The notes: generated by a model from the sequence alone, not told the origin. Positions 45,856 to 56,895 are shown, numbered from the stretch's first letter. The stretch: DNA of 64,000 nucleotides from Flectonema sp. DT1601 (GCA_964019425.1 OZ025789.1:496001-560000), one strand, 5' to 3'. Numbers and translations are program-made.

Positions 45856-46049
45856 AAAGAGATGTGTATGCAGCTAAGTTAGAAACATTTATTATAATGT
45901 AAAGTATTTACGTCAATCGCAGAGTGTATACCTACACTAACATTACCTTTAGTCACTGTATCTCAGAACTAATGTTAAATTATCGTTATGTTGTTTATGA
46001 TACAATACATTTGTATTTTACGTACAAACTCGAACAGTTAACCCCCCCT
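45856..46049. repeat. Repeat family R2, second copy (core only)
   Basis: Aligns to 12493-12751, including a 50-bp identical block. Confidence 0.85.
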
Positions 46050-46495
46050 TTTATTTTTACTTTCTTTCGGTTTACTGCAATTGTTCATTTTGAACATCGA
46101 CGGCTTTAATGTCGTTGGGTATTTTATTTTATTATGATCACTCGTAGTTTCGACAGTAGCTTGTTGTCCCTGTTGGCTAATTTAATAATCTACTTATTGT
46201 GTTGTGTCGCAGTAATTAAGTTACCTGTAGTAGAGGTATTGACATTTTTTGTATTCTTGGCCATAACGCCGTTCTCCCCACTTGTAATAAATTTCTTTTT
46301 TTTTTTAAGGCACCTGCATTCTACTTTTTATCTTAACGAGTTCCCCTTAGATTAGTAGGTACCTGCTTGTATCCTTTTGTTGTGGATTTCAGTTTCCTGT
46401 ACGTTCCTTAGTGAATTTTTTTTTTTTTTTTCGCAACTAAGTAATCACTTATTACAATTATTTTTTTTTATATCCTCAATCAGCCACCCAACAAC

Positions 46496-47029
46496 ATGTT
46501 TCGAAGACATTGCATAGCACTTTGTCAAAAGGGTGGTGACTCAATATATGGATTGATAGGAGAATGGGGATACAGGGAAAATCATTATTCTATACAAATG
46601 AAAAATGGAAAAGCGCATTACAAAGAAGAATATCCAAACAGCGTCAGGGGTATCAAAGGAGTGGAAGGACCTATTGAAGTATACGATGGAGAGCAACTTG
46701 GAGTGCCAGAATTCGATCCTGAGTTTATAGCCAGATTATGGAGAGAAGACGGAACTATATATTTTGAAAAAGACGGTGATGTGGTTAAAGCGGTATTCTG
46801 TCAGAAAGGGGTAAGCCCTGTCAACGGATTAAAATCCAAGGCCACCCGTATTGAATCACTTCGAAGTAAAAACCAAAAAGAAGCCACTGAAATGTTCAAA
46901 CGTGCACAAGAACGACGACAACATAAAAACTCTGACTTAGACCGACTTAAATTCTATAAATATTCAGGATTGTTTTGTATTTTTATGGCTATTGTATTTA
47001 CATGTGTTGATAACATAGATGCAGAGTAG
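46496..47029 (+). CDS. Small protein with mitochondrial-type N-terminus and C-terminal TM
   Basis: MFRRHCIALC start after CCTCAATCAG; C-terminal GLFCIFMAIVFTCV. Confidence 0.75.
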   Translation: MFRRHCIALCQKGGDSIYGLIGEWGYRENHYSIQMKNGKAHYKEEYPNSVRGIKGVEGPIEVYDGEQLGVPEFDPEFIARLWREDGTIYFEKDGDVVKAVFCQKGVSPVNGLKSKATRIESLRSKNQKEATEMFKRAQERRQHKNSDLDRLKFYKYSGLFCIFMAIVFTCVDNIDAE

Positions 47030-47376
47030 AAAGAGGTTTGAAGGTGTCAAAGTTGTAGTTTAAATTGGAAACCAGATATCTCAATAAACTGATCTCAGGC
47101 TGTGTTTCTGATCGTGATTGGGTTTATTATTTTATAATAGTAATCAAAATGTTCTTGTTCTAAAAGTGTCTCTCAAGGAGGATACGTCGAGCCGTGAGCA
47201 CCAATTACATATAATCTTTTTAATAATAAACATTATGGTTACTATTTCTTCGTGTGCTGGAATTCAGTCGGAGTGGGAAAGAAAAACAACTGAACAAAAA
47301 AAAAAAAAAAAGAAATCTGGGTTATACTGAACAATTGAGTTTATTTTGTGTAACTTATATTATTATTTTCTTTTTT

Positions 47377-47500
47377 GTACCGACGTAGTCGGAGAAGAAA
47401 CTATTCAGATTGAAAAGCTGTTTCTCTTTATGGTCATGATTTATTTTCCCTGCGACAGGATTGTGTCTGCGTTCAACGAAATACAAGGCTAAATCTGAAT
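47377..47500. repeat. Dispersed repeat family R1 copy
   Basis: Matches 9100-9224; contains the CCGAC-GTA-GTCGG hairpin and the ATTCAGATT/AATCTGAAT inverted repeat. Confidence 0.85.
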
Positions 47501-47924
47501 CTTGCAAAGAGATGTTTGTCAATCTGTGCAGGTAACTGAGAATGCGACGTTCTCTTTGAACACCTTATGTAAGCTGCAGTACATCATTAGTGAGTCAGGT
47601 ACTATTATTATTGAGTGGTTGTTGTTTAGTACTTAGTGTCTTTGTAGACATTGTAAAAGAGTATTGGACAAGCAAAATAGATACATCGGAAAGAGTCATC
47701 TTATGAAAATAAATACTCTTTACTTTTTTATATTTCTGTTCTTGTTTTATCCATCGTTAGTTTCTTGTATTCGAACATCAAAGCCCAGTAGAGTCTGACT
47801 ATGCTTGTTGACGAATTGGAATACATGTAGTCATTTCTGATAATTCAATGTAGGTACTCGTAAAAATATTATTTCTTTGTTCTCCTCAAAACAGGTCTTT
47901 ATTTTCAACGAAAAAAATGCCAAT

Positions 47925-50294
47925 ATGTTCACGGTGCTGTTATCAGCAGTAGTGTTGTCGACTTTGGAATGCAGCAGTTTCACACTGCAAGGATTCGCAA
48001 TGAGGGGACTTGAAACGAGTTACTCCCTTCAGAGCGGTACGGGTCCAAACGCAAGATACACGTCAGCGTCATTGGGGTATCACATTTATTATTGTGACGC
48101 GCAGAGGCTGTGGTGTCTGAGTACCTTCGAAAGTAAATGTCTTTGTCTTGCTCATTGGAGTGGGGAATCTGATTTCAGTCCAAACATGAATGTGATTGAC
48201 ACTAATTGGAGAGAGAAGAAATCATGGACTCATACCTACGATAAAAACACTGAAGGCAACTGGGTACGTAGAGCCATCGTGCTGGAGTGTTTCCGCTCCG
48301 TATCAGAAATAGTAATAACAATGGACTCAGTTGGAAGTCCACAATTATCTGCGTCGAAAACAGCAATAGATCTCGTTGAATCGACGTTTAATTATTACAC
48401 AGACAAGCAAATTAATATAACTACTGTTAGCGTGAAGGGTTTACAAACTGCTAGGCAATCAGTCTCGTTGTCTGTTTCAATTATTGGTCAGCTTCATTCT
48501 ACAATAGAAATATTCGGAGAGGCTCTAAGTAATTTAACAGCCATCGCACCCGCTGCAAAAATTAACGAGTACTGGTCGGTAGTATCTATAGAAAGCCTTC
48601 CCCCTACTGAGTACCCAAGTAGACAGGTTGTACCACCAGCTCCAACATCAGAACCTGTACCTCATCCGACAGCAGAACCATCAAGCACTGGTACTAATGT
48701 TTGGGTTATAGCTCTCATTGTGTGTGGTAGTTGTGTTGGGGTCACATTTGTATTCGTAGTGTGTTGTGTACTCAGTACGAGTAACAAGCGCAAATTAGTC
48801 ACAGAAGAGATGGCCACCAGACAGGTAAAGAGAGAAGTTGTTGGGAAAGGAGAAGTCCAACCTGACAATAAGAAATACCAGGTGAATGAAAATCCACTAC
48901 CGGAAGCCTTAAAGAAGAAAATTGACGAAATGGCACCTCCAGAAGAAGCTGAACGAGAAATGTCTGAATATGACGAAGTACTTCAGTCTTGTGATAGCAA
49001 CCCGCAATCTCCGATACAAACTTCTCAGGCTACAAGATCTGAATTTTCAGTTCCACACAAAATAGCCTTACAATGTACCGGCATGCGTGTCGATGATTAT
49101 CAACTACTGTGTTCTACACATAGATCTGAACCTCAGTGGTTAGGAAGTTCTCTAACAATTTTCACTGATTCGTCAGGCAGATGGAAAGTCGGTAAAATCG
49201 ACTCTGCCACTGGAGCTGAACAAGGCGTTTTGAAATCAACAGATCCACACAATGGAGTACTGCCTCATGAAATAGCAAGTTGGCTGCGAGCACCGACAAA
49301 ACCAAATTCTAGAGACTGGGAAATAGAAGACGGGTTCTCAGCACAGGCAACGTATCCAACATGGGAGAGAAATGTAACAGTTACTAGAACAGGTGACATA
49401 ATATCCCCTGCATTTGGTGTATATGAGTACCTAGGTCAGCAGAGAAGTCAACCCTGTTGGGTTCTGAACAAAGACCCTTCAATGAAACTCTCTGTAAACA
49501 CTAGTCAACGGTGGTGTGTTTCTACTCAAGTTGGTGATGGATTAGGTAAAATTTATTTTACGTCAAATACGTTGGCGAAAACTCGTAATTTTGAACTCAT
49601 GCCTTACGAAGTCGACTGGGACGACTATCCTATATCAGTAACCCGAGGAGGACAAACAGATGATAATGACATCACGATTGATGTTGACAATGATAAAATT
49701 GAAACACACATCTACGTAACATGTCCAGCTCAAGGTTTAGACTCAAATGTATTTGTGGCGAGTAGTGATGGCAGCTTATGGCACTCGAAAATGTCTTCTC
49801 ATGTTTTATTTACTGATAAGTCAGGTGGTTGGAGACTCGGTAATCCTTCCACGGGACAAGGATCACTAAAAACAACAGAACCCCACTCAGGGAGTCATCC
49901 AACATCTATGACCTGGTTACGCGCTCCAATTGGAAATGAAAAAAGTTGGGTTACTGACAATACAATATCAGTCACAAGAACACCAATTACTGTTGATTAC
50001 GCTTATACAGTTAAATCAACCGTCATCCCAGATGTAAATGGAACATACCTTCGTAAGGGAATTCATAATAATTCTCCTCTGTGGTCTTCACCAAATTGTT
50101 CTATTTTTTCAGATTCTGCCGGCCATTGGAAAATTGGAGATCTCGCAAGCGGTACTGGTCACTTCAAATCCCATCAACCTCACAGAAATAACACAATACC
50201 ACACTACATAAATGAGTGGGTTCGTAGACCTGTCAATCAGTCAGAAAATGATTGGATGTCCGCATCGGATATAATAGTGGAGTTGGTTCTCTAA
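47925..50294 (+). CDS. Type I membrane protein with tandem Trp-rich beta modules
   Basis: Signal peptide MFTVLLSAVVLS, P/T-rich stalk and TM VWVIALIVC...FVFVVCCVL. Four C-terminal repeats of the form P.W...IF.D..G.WK.G...G..K...PH...P...W.R.P...W. Confidence 0.8.
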   Translation: MFTVLLSAVVLSTLECSSFTLQGFAMRGLETSYSLQSGTGPNARYTSASLGYHIYYCDAQRLWCLSTFESKCLCLAHWSGESDFSPNMNVIDTNWREKKSWTHTYDKNTEGNWVRRAIVLECFRSVSEIVITMDSVGSPQLSASKTAIDLVESTFNYYTDKQINITTVSVKGLQTARQSVSLSVSIIGQLHSTIEIFGEALSNLTAIAPAAKINEYWSVVSIESLPPTEYPSRQVVPPAPTSEPVPHPTAEPSSTGTNVWVIALIVCGSCVGVTFVFVVCCVLSTSNKRKLVTEEMATRQVKREVVGKGEVQPDNKKYQVNENPLPEALKKKIDEMAPPEEAEREMSEYDEVLQSCDSNPQSPIQTSQATRSEFSVPHKIALQCTGMRVDDYQLLCSTHRSEPQWLGSSLTIFTDSSGRWKVGKIDSATGAEQGVLKSTDPHNGVLPHEIASWLRAPTKPNSRDWEIEDGFSAQATYPTWERNVTVTRTGDIISPAFGVYEYLGQQRSQPCWVLNKDPSMKLSVNTSQRWCVSTQVGDGLGKIYFTSNTLAKTRNFELMPYEVDWDDYPISVTRGGQTDDNDITIDVDNDKIETHIYVTCPAQGLDSNVFVASSDGSLWHSKMSSHVLFTDKSGGWRLGNPSTGQGSLKTTEPHSGSHPTSMTWLRAPIGNEKSWVTDNTISVTRTPITVDYAYTVKSTVIPDVNGTYLRKGIHNNSPLWSSPNCSIFSDSAGHWKIGDLASGTGHFKSHQPHRNNTIPHYINEWVRRPVNQSENDWMSASDIIVELVL

Positions 50295-50646
50295 GTGACT
50301 ATGTTGAGATCCATTCAGATGATGGTCTGAAAGAATGACTGATTTCCCTCATTTACCCAAACTGTACATTATTTACTTGTAGTCTATAATAGTATTTTTT
50401 TTTTTTTTTTTAAATACTTTTTCCCTCTTTTTTTTTTTTTTTTTTCCCCCTCCTCCTTTTGTTCTTCTTCTCCCTTGAATTAAATATTATTTAGAAAAGG
50501 GGAGGTAAGGAAGGAGGAAAACTGACCAGAACCAACTGTGGCTTTCCAGACACACGAAGTAAGCAATGAGAGGAAGGTATTGCAAGAGTTTATTTCTGTT
50601 TTTTCTTTCCACAGAACACAATCTATGACTTTACACGGGAACGTTG

Positions 50647-52206
50647 ATGTACAGAAACCTGTTTAACTGTGAGCTTGCTTTACTGATTATTATATTATGC
50701 CAATCAGGTGTCAGGGGGATCCAAAAACACAATAAAATGAAACAAGAACAGAAATGTGTACTGGTGACCCTAATAATGCTGTCAACAGGTTTAACTATTC
50801 CTGATACATGGTTTTCAATGTCTGGTGGAGATGAGGGAATCCCAGCAGTAAAAACCGGTACTGGCACCATCACCTTCCCACCACTTCAATCAGCAACAGA
50901 AAAGAAATATTGCAACGCTGAAAGCCGAGAAGAAGTTTGTAAAATATGCAAGAAATGGGGAGACAGCTTCGAACAAAAAATTCCTTTTGAAGTTTTCACA
51001 CAAAGGTCTCCACACCATGAAGACATCACTAGAGCTGGATGGGAGGACATGCTTACTGACTTAGTCAAAGCAGTCTATAGTAAAAGCAATATACCATCAA
51101 CAGTAAACAGCTACATCATTGATGTTGGTGTACCTGACATGCAAGATTATAAATGGTTGGAACCACTTACAAAGTTCATCGCTACTAAGAGCACATGTGA
51201 GATTCACAGCTTTGAAGCCAACCCGCAAACAGCGGAGTTAATAAAAAAAAAAATGAGAGGAAGTGATTTCTATCGCCAGTATGTAAAATTATATAATATT
51301 GGAATGGGGAACTCAACCATGCGAGGCAGCAGAATGTTTTGGAAAAATGCTAAGGAACCAGGCAGAGGATCATTCCAAAGAATAAGAACAGACGACTACG
51401 AACAAATCCCTGTTTCAATTAGAGTAATACCCCTTGATGACATATATTCAGCGACTGACGGAGTGTTTATACCCATATTGAAAATGGGTGCTGGACGATG
51501 GGAGTTTGCTGCTTTAAATGCTGGGATTCAGACTTTAAAAAACACTGCAATTGTTGTATCAGACACGACACCAGTTCCATTAAACAAAGACGTCGTTTCA
51601 CTTCTGTCATCAGAAGGATTTGTTGTTTATGCGATTACAAACGGATCACTTGCCCGAATTCCTCAAAACGCTCCTTGGTGGTGGACATCTGTAGTTGCAG
51701 TTAAACCATTCCTTCAAGACGTCGCAGAGTCTCACGTTTGTTTTGACTTCACAGAATCTCCTTGGGTTTGTGAATCACCCGTTGCTGCTAAGGTTTGTAT
51801 TTTTATCATTTATCATGTTTTTATTATTATAAAAAAATCACAACAAAAAACAACAACAACAGAGCGCACCCGTTGGTTGTAGGAAACACGGTGTTAACGA
51901 ACAGCTACCAGCGTACTCGAGGGATACTGACGCAGTAAACCCACAGAATGTGTATGTCAGAAAGTTACTTTATAAAACCTAATATAATTTATTGTAAAAC
52001 AAAACAACTCCAACAGCGCTTCTCCTGAAGTCCATCGCCGATTGAAGTTCATTTTCTTGTCGTTGGTTTTCGGATCGCTAGCGGCATTGTTGTACTCGGT
52101 GCTTTATCCTATTGCTTTGGTATTACTTGGGTATCAACAACCTGAATCAGAGAGGTCCAGGGCGTCACATCGGTCTAACAGTACAACCATTGTGATGGAT
52201 CTATAG
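50647..52206 (+). CDS. FkbM-family (Methyltransf_21-like) SAM methyltransferase, membrane anchored (3 exons)
   Basis: IIDVG, IHSFEANP, IPLDD and ILKM.A..WE..AL..G...L. Introns 51793-51862 (phase 0) and 51952-52016 (phase 2) add a TM-containing last exon; TAG at 52204-52206. Start could instead be 50737 (MKQEQK). Confidence 0.75.
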
Positions 52207-52996
52207 GTACGACTGATGCGTTCGGATGAAAAATATTCATTCAAAGTTAAAAAATAATGACGATAGGTAGCTTGTGTTTACTTGTAATCAATTAAGTCTT
52301 GTTATTGCTGTTCGTAGTTTTGTTTTGTTAAGGTTCCATGCAGTTAATTTAAGCATGACCAAAAAAAAAAAAAAAAAAAACTGTGTAATTTTACCGCAGT
52401 TCCATTTATATGTCTGAGAGGGATTCTAAGTATTTTTTAACCCTCAGTACCTACGACACTAACTTCTGTACTCTTTTTTAATAGAGGGTAACGTGCTGCT
52501 CTTGCTTCGTTGTTGGTGAACCCACTGAAGAGTCCGGTAGATTTACCTGCCGTTCTCTAAGAAGACATTTGGTTTGTCTTTGTTTGTGCATTTCACTGGT
52601 ACTGTTTTTTGTTTCTGACCTCCGTTTTTTATGTTAAAAAAAAAAATGAAAAACATTGAAATCTTGGCTACTGCGTTTTCTGCTTTTCTCTGGAATATAA
52701 CAAACTTCTGCGGAAGCATTCCATTCTGAATTTAAAAAAAAAAAAAAATTGCAAGAACATAAAAAAAAAAAGAGAAACCATTTCTATTTAGTTTTTCTTC
52801 CGTAGTCAAGGCCGCAAGTCGCAAGTAACATCACTAGCATGTCTCAACGGTTTACCATTAATTCTTTGAAATCTGTTTTTTCTTTGACTAATAAGATAAT
52901 TATTCTTACAGGCATGCACGTAGTGTGGAACTTGTTTTCTGTATCATAGAAACTTATTAACAGCGTACTCATCACAGGTTGACAGGCAATGCTGGA

Positions 52997-54112
52997 ATGC
53001 GACACACAAAAAGTCTACTGCGGCTGTTATCGCAAACATCTCGACAACTAACCAGCAAAGATGTACTTCAAAAAATTCCAAAAGAAATGACTGGAAAACA
53101 CCCAAAAGACAGAAATACGAATCGTCATAAAGAGGCTGCTAGAGAAATCATGACCTGGATAATGTCACAGGAAAGTGTTGGAGCTGATGCTTGTTTAGCT
53201 TTCATGGGATGGTGTTCGCAAAGGAAATTATCATCGGAGTCAGTCTCTTTTAGAGAATGGATTAGTAATACTAATATAGATATCAGTAAAGATCAGTTTC
53301 TAGTGACTGATATTTATAATTTAAAAGCATGTGTTGAACAACCAACTTCTATGGAAGAGGTCTGGTCTCGTATCAAATGGGTTCACGAGCTACGAACCAT
53401 CTCACCATCGAATCTACTTACCTGTATTAACATCCTTCTACGACAACCTACTTTAGTTGGTGAGGGTAAACGATTGATTAAAGAAGCACAGTACCGAGGA
53501 ATACCCCTGTCATCAGGTGTGTACAGCGAGCTTATTATGCATTGCTCAAAAACACTTGATGATTGTATGGCCTATTTCAAGGAAGCAGAGAGACTCAAGA
53601 TTATTGATGCAGCATTGTATGATCGATATTTACAGGCAACCCTACAGTTTGACAATAGTTTTGACGTTGCGCATGCCGCTTTTAAGACTTTCCTGCGAGA
53701 TTATCCTTTGGATACAGGAAAACAATGGACGAGTGTAATGCGTTCTGCTTGCAAAGAAAAACGATTTACTGAGGCTTTGTCACTTTTTCAACACGCACCT
53801 CAGGGTTTGGGACTACTGGCTGCCCCCTTGATTGATCTCTGCGTCTCTGAAACTCGTGAAATGATAGGTCAGAATAAGCCTGTTAGAAAATCTCTCATGT
53901 ATTTCAGTGATCTGATATTTCGAGAGATAGCAAAGAGAGGGTTGGGGGTCAATATATCTAGAAAATCTTATCAAGAGTGGCAGTCAGTGATGAAAACCAT
54001 TCCTGGTGGTGATAAATACATTGCAGACACAGGTAAAGTCGATGAGCCTCACAAGCTACCGCAACGATTCCAACCTAAAATTGATCGTGAAAAACAACAA
54101 TATTCTCCATAG
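52997..54112 (+). CDS. PPR-like helical repeat protein, probably mitochondrial
   Basis: MRHTKSLLRLLSQTSRQL presequence; degenerate PPR-like segments (VYSELIMHC, WTSVMRSACKEKRFTEALSLF). Confidence 0.65.
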   Translation: MRHTKSLLRLLSQTSRQLTSKDVLQKIPKEMTGKHPKDRNTNRHKEAAREIMTWIMSQESVGADACLAFMGWCSQRKLSSESVSFREWISNTNIDISKDQFLVTDIYNLKACVEQPTSMEEVWSRIKWVHELRTISPSNLLTCINILLRQPTLVGEGKRLIKEAQYRGIPLSSGVYSELIMHCSKTLDDCMAYFKEAERLKIIDAALYDRYLQATLQFDNSFDVAHAAFKTFLRDYPLDTGKQWTSVMRSACKEKRFTEALSLFQHAPQGLGLLAAPLIDLCVSETREMIGQNKPVRKSLMYFSDLIFREIAKRGLGVNISRKSYQEWQSVMKTIPGGDKYIADTGKVDEPHKLPQRFQPKIDREKQQYSP

Positions 54113-54183
54113 TTTTTTTTTTCCCTTTTTTCTTTATTTAATCTGCTTACCACTTGTTTTTTTAAGGGAAAAAAACTAACAAC

Positions 54184-54840
54184 ATGAATACAACTACAGC
54201 TGCGTCAGCGCGAACGGTATTTCAAGTTACTAAGGACACGGTGATGTGGATGTCAACTGAATTGCTGAAAGACTTTAAGGGAACTTTACTACGAAGTTTA
54301 TCTGAAGTTATTGCTTCTCCAAGACATGGTCAGATGATCTGGCTAGCAGGGTCACCAGTGATGTTTTGTTGTGTTATGATTAAATCACTCCGAAATAAAG
54401 TTTTCAAAGCCCTAGCTGTCGTAAAGAGAACAATCGAAGACTGCGACGAGTCAGATGATGAGCAGGACTCTGAACTTACTGAAATTACAATTTTAATCCC
54501 TGCAGCATTAAGTATCCCTGGATTCAATTTCGTGTTTTTGTTTTTTTTATTTCTAGCTAGGTCAGGCTATGTGATTTCTGTAGTGCTTCCAGCAATGTTC
54601 ATAGCATCGTCTTCATCGTTATTTTCCCGAGCACTTCTTATACTCGGAGCATATCGCATAACAAATAACAATCCACTATTGATCTCAAACACCGCCACTC
54701 ATTTTATAAAAATTGGAATTGTCATTGACGCTGTTATAATGTGTTTTACAGCATGGCCATGTTTCACTAGATTTAGACAACAACTTTACATTGATGCGAG
54801 GAACGACGTTTTAAAGGAAATAGCAGCTGCTAATCGGTAA
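54184..54840 (+). CDS. Multi-pass membrane protein, unknown function
   Basis: 218-aa ORF with several hydrophobic segments, 71 bp after the previous stop. Confidence 0.65.
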   Translation: MNTTTAASARTVFQVTKDTVMWMSTELLKDFKGTLLRSLSEVIASPRHGQMIWLAGSPVMFCCVMIKSLRNKVFKALAVVKRTIEDCDESDDEQDSELTEITILIPAALSIPGFNFVFLFFLFLARSGYVISVVLPAMFIASSSSLFSRALLILGAYRITNNNPLLISNTATHFIKIGIVIDAVIMCFTAWPCFTRFRQQLYIDARNDVLKEIAAANR

Positions 54841-55178
54841 GGAATACCTTCAATCGTACCAGTGAGTCCTTTTCATCTTCTAGCCTTTGGACTAACAGCT
54901 GTACATGCAAAAAAAGAAAAAAAAAAAAAAACAAGCGTACATTCTTCCTCTGATGGATGGATACAGTTGTTACCACCGCCCCTTTGAATAGGGTCAATTA
55001 TGAATGTGAAATTGTTAACTAAAAAAGTTATATTAAACTGTTCTTCATGCAGTCTATTAATCTTGTTTTGTGGTTTCTACTTCATCGTATTTTTCATTTT
55101 TAGTATTCAGCAGAATAATAAATTGTTAGTTTTTTGTTTATTATTCACTTAATAGGCTGCTTGCTTGATTGTCTTGAA

Positions 55179-55264
55179 ATGATTACCAATAACTCTAATG
55201 CTGGTTTGTTTGTCGAGGATGTTGGTAACTATCATCATCCACTGAGCACACATAGAGTCGCTGA
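55179..55264 (+). ncRNA. Box C/D snoRNA A, copy 1 (SNORD52/snR78-like D guide)
   Basis: Box C ATGATTA, D'-like TCGA, hairpin GGATG..CATCC, C'-like ACTGAGC, guide CATAGAGTC, box D CTGA. Confidence 0.65.
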
Positions 55265-55360
55265 TCTTATTCTTGTCGTATTCTTGTTTGGGATGTCTGG
55301 CTTCTGTTTTCCAAACAGGCTTTCTTCATTCTCATTCTAGTCAGCTCGTGTCTTTCCCAA

Positions 55361-55430
55361 ATGATGTACAAAGACATTAGGAATCTCTCTGAACTTTGTT
55401 TTGATAGAAAAAAAATGAATATTAAACTGA
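55361..55430 (+). ncRNA. Box C/D snoRNA B, copy 1 (SNORD79-like)
   Basis: Box C ATGATGT, guide GACATTAGGAATCTCT + D' CTGA (antisense to LSU GAGAUUCC..UGUC), C' TTGATAG, box D in TTAAACTGA. Confidence 0.8.
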
Positions 55431-55471
55431 ATATCAGAACACTCTTCCCTGCTCGCTCTGACTGCCTTGAA

Positions 55472-55557
55472 ATGATTACCAATAACTCTAATGCTGGTTT
55501 GTTTGTCGAGGATGTTGGTAACTATCATCATCCACTGAGCACACATAGAGTCGCTGA
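55472..55557 (+). ncRNA. Box C/D snoRNA A, copy 2
   Basis: Same as copy 1, +293 bp. Confidence 0.65.
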
Positions 55558-55653
55558 TCTTATTCTTGTCGTATTCTTGTTTGGGATGTCTGGCTTCTGT
55601 TTTCCAAACAGGCTTTCTTCATTCTCATTCTAGTCAGCTCGTGTCTTTCTCAA

Positions 55654-55723
55654 ATGATGTACAAAGACATTAGGAATCTCTCTGAACTTTGTTTTGATAG
55701 AAAAAAAATGAATATTAAACTGA
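55654..55723 (+). ncRNA. Box C/D snoRNA B, copy 2
   Basis: Same as copy 1, +293 bp. Confidence 0.8.
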
Positions 55724-55764
55724 ATATCAGAACACTCTTCCCTGCTCGCTCTGATTGCCTTGAA

Positions 55765-55850
55765 ATGATTACCAATAACTCTAATGCTGGTTTGTTTGTC
55801 GAGGATGTTGGTAACTATCATCATCCACTGAGCACACATAGAGTCGCTGA
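55765..55850 (+). ncRNA. Box C/D snoRNA A, copy 3
   Basis: Array copy. Confidence 0.65.
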
Positions 55851-55946
55851 TCTTATTCTTGTCGTATTCTTGTTTGGGATGTCTGGCTTCTGTTTTCCAA
55901 ACAGGCTTTCTTCATTCTCATTCTAGTCAGCTCGTGTCTTTCTCAA

Positions 55947-56016
55947 ATGATGTACAAAGACATTAGGAATCTCTCTGAACTTTGTTTTGATAGAAAAAAA
56001 ATGAATATTAAACTGA
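55947..56016 (+). ncRNA. Box C/D snoRNA B, copy 3
   Basis: Array copy. Confidence 0.8.
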
Positions 56017-56057
56017 ATATCAAAACACTCTTCCCTGCTCGCTCTGATTGCCTTGAA

Positions 56058-56143
56058 ATGATTACCAATAACTCTAATGCTGGTTTGTTTGTCGAGGATG
56101 TTGGTAACTATCATCATCCACTGAGCACACATAGAGTCGCTGA
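56058..56143 (+). ncRNA. Box C/D snoRNA A, copy 4
   Basis: Array copy. Confidence 0.65.
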
Positions 56144-56239
56144 TCTTATTCTTGTCGTATTCTTGTTTGGGATGTCTGGCTTCTGTTTTCCAAACAGGCT
56201 TTCCTCATTCTCATTCTAGTCAGCTCGTGTCTTTCCCAA

Positions 56240-56309
56240 ATGATGTACAAAGACATTAGGAATCTCTCTGAACTTTGTTTTGATAGAAAAAAAATGAATA
56301 TTAAACTGA
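56240..56309 (+). ncRNA. Box C/D snoRNA B, copy 4
   Basis: Array copy. Confidence 0.8.
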
Positions 56310-56350
56310 ATATCAGAACACTCTTCCCTGCTCGCTCTGATTGCCTTGAA

Positions 56351-56436
56351 ATGATTACCAATAACTCTAATGCTGGTTTGTTTGTCGAGGATGTTGGTAA
56401 CTATCATCATCCACTGAGCACACATAGAGTCGCTGA
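56351..56436 (+). ncRNA. Box C/D snoRNA A, copy 5
   Basis: Array copy. Confidence 0.65.
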
Positions 56437-56532
56437 TCTTATTCTTGTCGTATTCTTGTTTGGGATGTCTGGCTTCTGTTTTCCAAACAGGCTTTCTTCA
56501 TTCTCATTCTAGTCAGCTCGTGTCTTTCTCAA

Positions 56533-56602
56533 ATGATGTACAAAGACATTAGGAATCTCTCTGAACTTTGTTTTGATAGAAAAAAAATGAATATTAAACT
56601 GA
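56533..56602 (+). ncRNA. Box C/D snoRNA B, copy 5
   Basis: Array copy. Confidence 0.8.
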
Positions 56603-56643
56603 ATATCAGAACACTCTTCCCTGCTCGCTCTGATTGCCTTGAA

Positions 56644-56729
56644 ATGATTACCAATAACTCTAATGCTGGTTTGTTTGTCGAGGATGTTGGTAACTATCAT
56701 CATCCACTGAGCACACATAGAGTCGCTGA
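56644..56729 (+). ncRNA. Box C/D snoRNA A, copy 6
   Basis: Array copy. Confidence 0.65.
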
Positions 56730-56825
56730 TCTTATTCTTGTCGTATTCTTGTTTGGGATGTCTGGCTTCTGTTTTCCAAACAGACTTTCTTCATTCTCAT
56801 TCTAGTCAGCTCACGTCTTTCTCAA

Positions 56826-56895
56826 ATGATGTACAAAGACATTAGGAATCTCTCTGAACTTTGTTTTGATAGAAAAGAAATGAATATTAAACTGA
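56826..56895 (+). ncRNA. Box C/D snoRNA B, copy 6
   Basis: Array copy; one A>G change in the A-run at 56877. Confidence 0.8.
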
